A stretch of DNA of 63,993 nucleotides, filler included, from Diploschistes diacapsis (taxonomy: Eukaryota), in the NCBI GenBank assembly GCA_023645945.1. It is 8 parts of 8 records of this genome, joined end to end, with 100 filler letters (N's around TTAATTAATTAA, not from the genome) between each part and the next. Parts side by side here need not be neighbours in the genome. Positions count along the whole stretch, not along the records: positions 57,120 to 63,993 come from JALAIB010001342.1; 7 more parts are not named here. One strand, written 5' to 3'. The position numbers were made by a program, and so were the translations under genes. This document shows positions 61,483 through 63,993 of the stretch, piece after piece (the stretch's first letter is position 1; each line of letters opens with the position of its first letter). The notes below the pieces were generated by a model, which worked only from the letters and a program-made list of their open reading frames with translations, had not been told where the DNA came from and did not search any database.

Positions 61483-63017
61483 ATGGCACTCGTTGCCTGG
61501 CTTGAGCTTTGTTGCGGCTTGATCTTTGTATCAATTGCATCGTTGACGCTGTACAGGCTCGTCTTGAGCCCCTTGGCAAGGATTCCTGGCCCCAAGCTTG
61601 CCGGACTCGCATCATGGTACGAGATATACTACGACATTATTCGACCAGGCCAATACGTCTGGAAAATAAAGGAATTGCATATAAATATGGACCCATTGTG
61701 CGCGTTGCTCCCTCAGAGATCCATATTGCAGATCCTTCGTTCTTGGACGAGATCAAGGTCGGACAACTGGCTGAAGCGTTCGAGAACCATAGGTTATCTG
61801 GAACGGTCGTGAATCTCTCTAACATCTACTATGCTTTTGCAAACGAGTAAGTGCATCACTTCTTAGAAAGTTGTTCAAGTCATCTAATAAGGGGAGTATC
61901 GTCGTGCAATATAGTTTCGGGCAAGATGATAATCTTTTTGATGATAAGATTAAAGCAGCTACTCTTCGCAGGAATATTTCCGACCTGCTGTTAGGTGTGA
62001 AAGTTAGCCAGCATTTCCCTTGGATCTTTGATTTGCTTAACGCGCTACCGTTCTTCCTTGCAAAGAACATCATGCCCCCTGGTGCACTTGATATGCTAGC
62101 TTTTTTCACAGGTAAGTAATGCTTAGTTCGCTTTTTCAATGTCTGTTGAATGGGTGGGGCATTGATTAGATGCACTCTGCGAGCTTGGCTTGGGATTCTG
62201 CAAAGACTTATATTGTAATAGAAAATCCGAAAGGATATCGATCGAGTCCTTGAGGATCAGAGCGGTATCAAGGACCGCAAACGATCCAATTTCTACGAGC
62301 TTCGAGACAACCCCACATTGTCTGCTAATGAAAGGAGTGTGAAGCGATTTGAAGATGAGGCAACGCTCCTTGTAATGGCAGGTGAGCAGACTTCTAATGC
62401 AGGATGCTCGCTGCGCTTGAGGTAGCCTTTAGTGACATCAGAAAGGTACCGAGTCCGTTGCGGTAACAATTGCTACAGCACATTTTTACCTGCTGTACCA
62501 GCCAGAGTACATGACCAAGGTGCGAGACGAGCTCCGCACTGGTTCCTTGGACGCCTCATGGACCGAGCTTGAGAAGCTTCCTTACCTGACCGGTACAATC
62601 ATGGAAAGTCTGCGCCTTAACATGGGTGTCACTGGCCGTCTGGCCCGCATCGCCCCTGACGAAGCTCTGCATTATGGCGTGTGTACGATCCCACCTGGCA
62701 TACCCGTCAGCTCAACGACCCTCTGCATCCACACCGACGAAGATGTATTCCCACACCCATGGGTCTTCAAACCGGAGCGCTGGTTTGGCTAAGAAGGCAC
62801 GGAACGGAAGAAGTATCTTATGTCCTTCAACAAGGGCGCCAGGCAGTGTATCGGCATCAATCTTGCCTATGCAGAGATGTACATGGCTTTGGCGGCAGCG
62901 GTCCGATTTGACATGCAGCTACATTAGACGGATGAGTCAGATGTGCGATTTAAGCACGATTTTCACGCAGCGTTCCCGAAGCTCGATTCAAAAGGGATTC
63001 GAGCAGTCGTGAAATGA
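61483..63017 (+). pseudogene. Cytochrome P450 pseudogene (trichodiene-oxygenase-like clan)
   Basis: SPLARIPGPKLA, KYGPIVRVAPSEIHI, LVMAGTES, ESLRL, FKPERW, heme motif [11 protein letters not shown]; frameshift near 61680, apparent deletion near 61760-61880, in-frame TAA at 62790 before the heme Cys. Confidence 0.85.
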
Positions 63018-63993
63018 GTCACCAGCCTTACCAACTCCAAAATCTAATCTCGCAACAATTTAACTATTTGGATACCTCTTCTTGGAAGTGAGCAAATTGT
63101 CGATCATGGTTCAGGGAAAGAGTGGATCTCTCTATGACAATTTTTGTAGCGGATTCATGTGAACCTCGAAAGCCTACTTTGAAATCCAAGGCAGATAGGT
63201 ATACATGATCGTCTGAAAGACTCGAGGATCCTAAATCCAGAAATGACAGAGTGAGTCTCCTAGGTAATCGTCATATTCTGACAATGGCAATGACAACGCA
63301 GCTTAGCAAACATAAAAGTGGTTAAAAGCATAGTGCAGGACCTTCACATTGCGATACACAAATGTCACCATGGAGACACCATTATACTCTCTCCAAACGT
63401 CCAATCCATCGAGTGCTGGAGATGGCTTGTCCATTCATTGTCTGGTGGAGCACAATATCCACCTCCCTTCCGCAAACGGCCATTGGAGCCATTGTTATCC
63501 TTGCCTCTCATCAAAAATAACCCAAATCTCCACGTTGAAGAGTTCTGCCTCTGTATGCAAAGAAGATTGAAGTCTGTCAGCAACAGCTGTAATCTAAGTT
63601 CTAGCTCCAGAGCAAGCGCTTACTGCCATCATACAACCATCCATACTAACGTCCCGCGTCTCTAAAACCAGAGCACAGGGGCCGAGTCGTAGCCCTCAAG
63701 ACTTTTCCTCAAACCATCTCTAAGCCCCACAAACGATGTACTTCCCTCCCTTCCGAGACCTCCCGCGGCGCGGCGCTCCGTCCCTTTATTTAATTAACGC
63801 TGACCCGCATCACAACCTAAAACCGTCAGCCTCAAACGCCGTTCTCCCTCCCCTCCCTCTCCTAATCCAGGGCGGAAGTGAGTCCGAAGCCGAAGCCACA
63901 TCCCCCACCGCCGCCCCCGCTCTGGACTCTAACCCCGGCATTGCACCCGCGCCTTTCGGCCTTCCCCGGCGCAGACGTGAACCGAGAGCGGGG

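Overview
This is filamentous-ascomycete (Pezizomycotina-type) nuclear DNA, but not one continuous locus. It is eight ~8 kb contigs in decreasing length, joined by artificial 100-nt spacers (N44-TTAATTAATTAA-N44), so neighbourhoods across spacers mean nothing. Recognisable intron-containing genes include ATG8, coproporphyrinogen III oxidase (HEM13), a Hos4-like ankyrin protein, polyprenol reductase (DFG10), SUMO E1 subunit AOS1, FAT1, a peroxisomal 4-coumarate-CoA-ligase-like enzyme, partial ATP11, an iron-containing ADH, a PNP-NB-ARC-TPR NLR, a Zn2Cys6 factor and a DHA2 MFS pump. There are also several pseudogenes (MFS, amidohydrolase, P450, SET, NRPS-like T-R), three MITE types and RIP-like AT-rich relics. 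The standout observation is a structurally intact tRNA-Ile(AAU) gene (14702-14839). Besides its normal 14-nt 37/38 tRNA intron, it carries a 50-nt insertion in the anticodon stem with full spliceosomal signals (GTAAGA...ACTAAC...CAG), a candidate spliceosomal intron inside a tRNA. All exon boundaries and family calls were read by eye without database searches.
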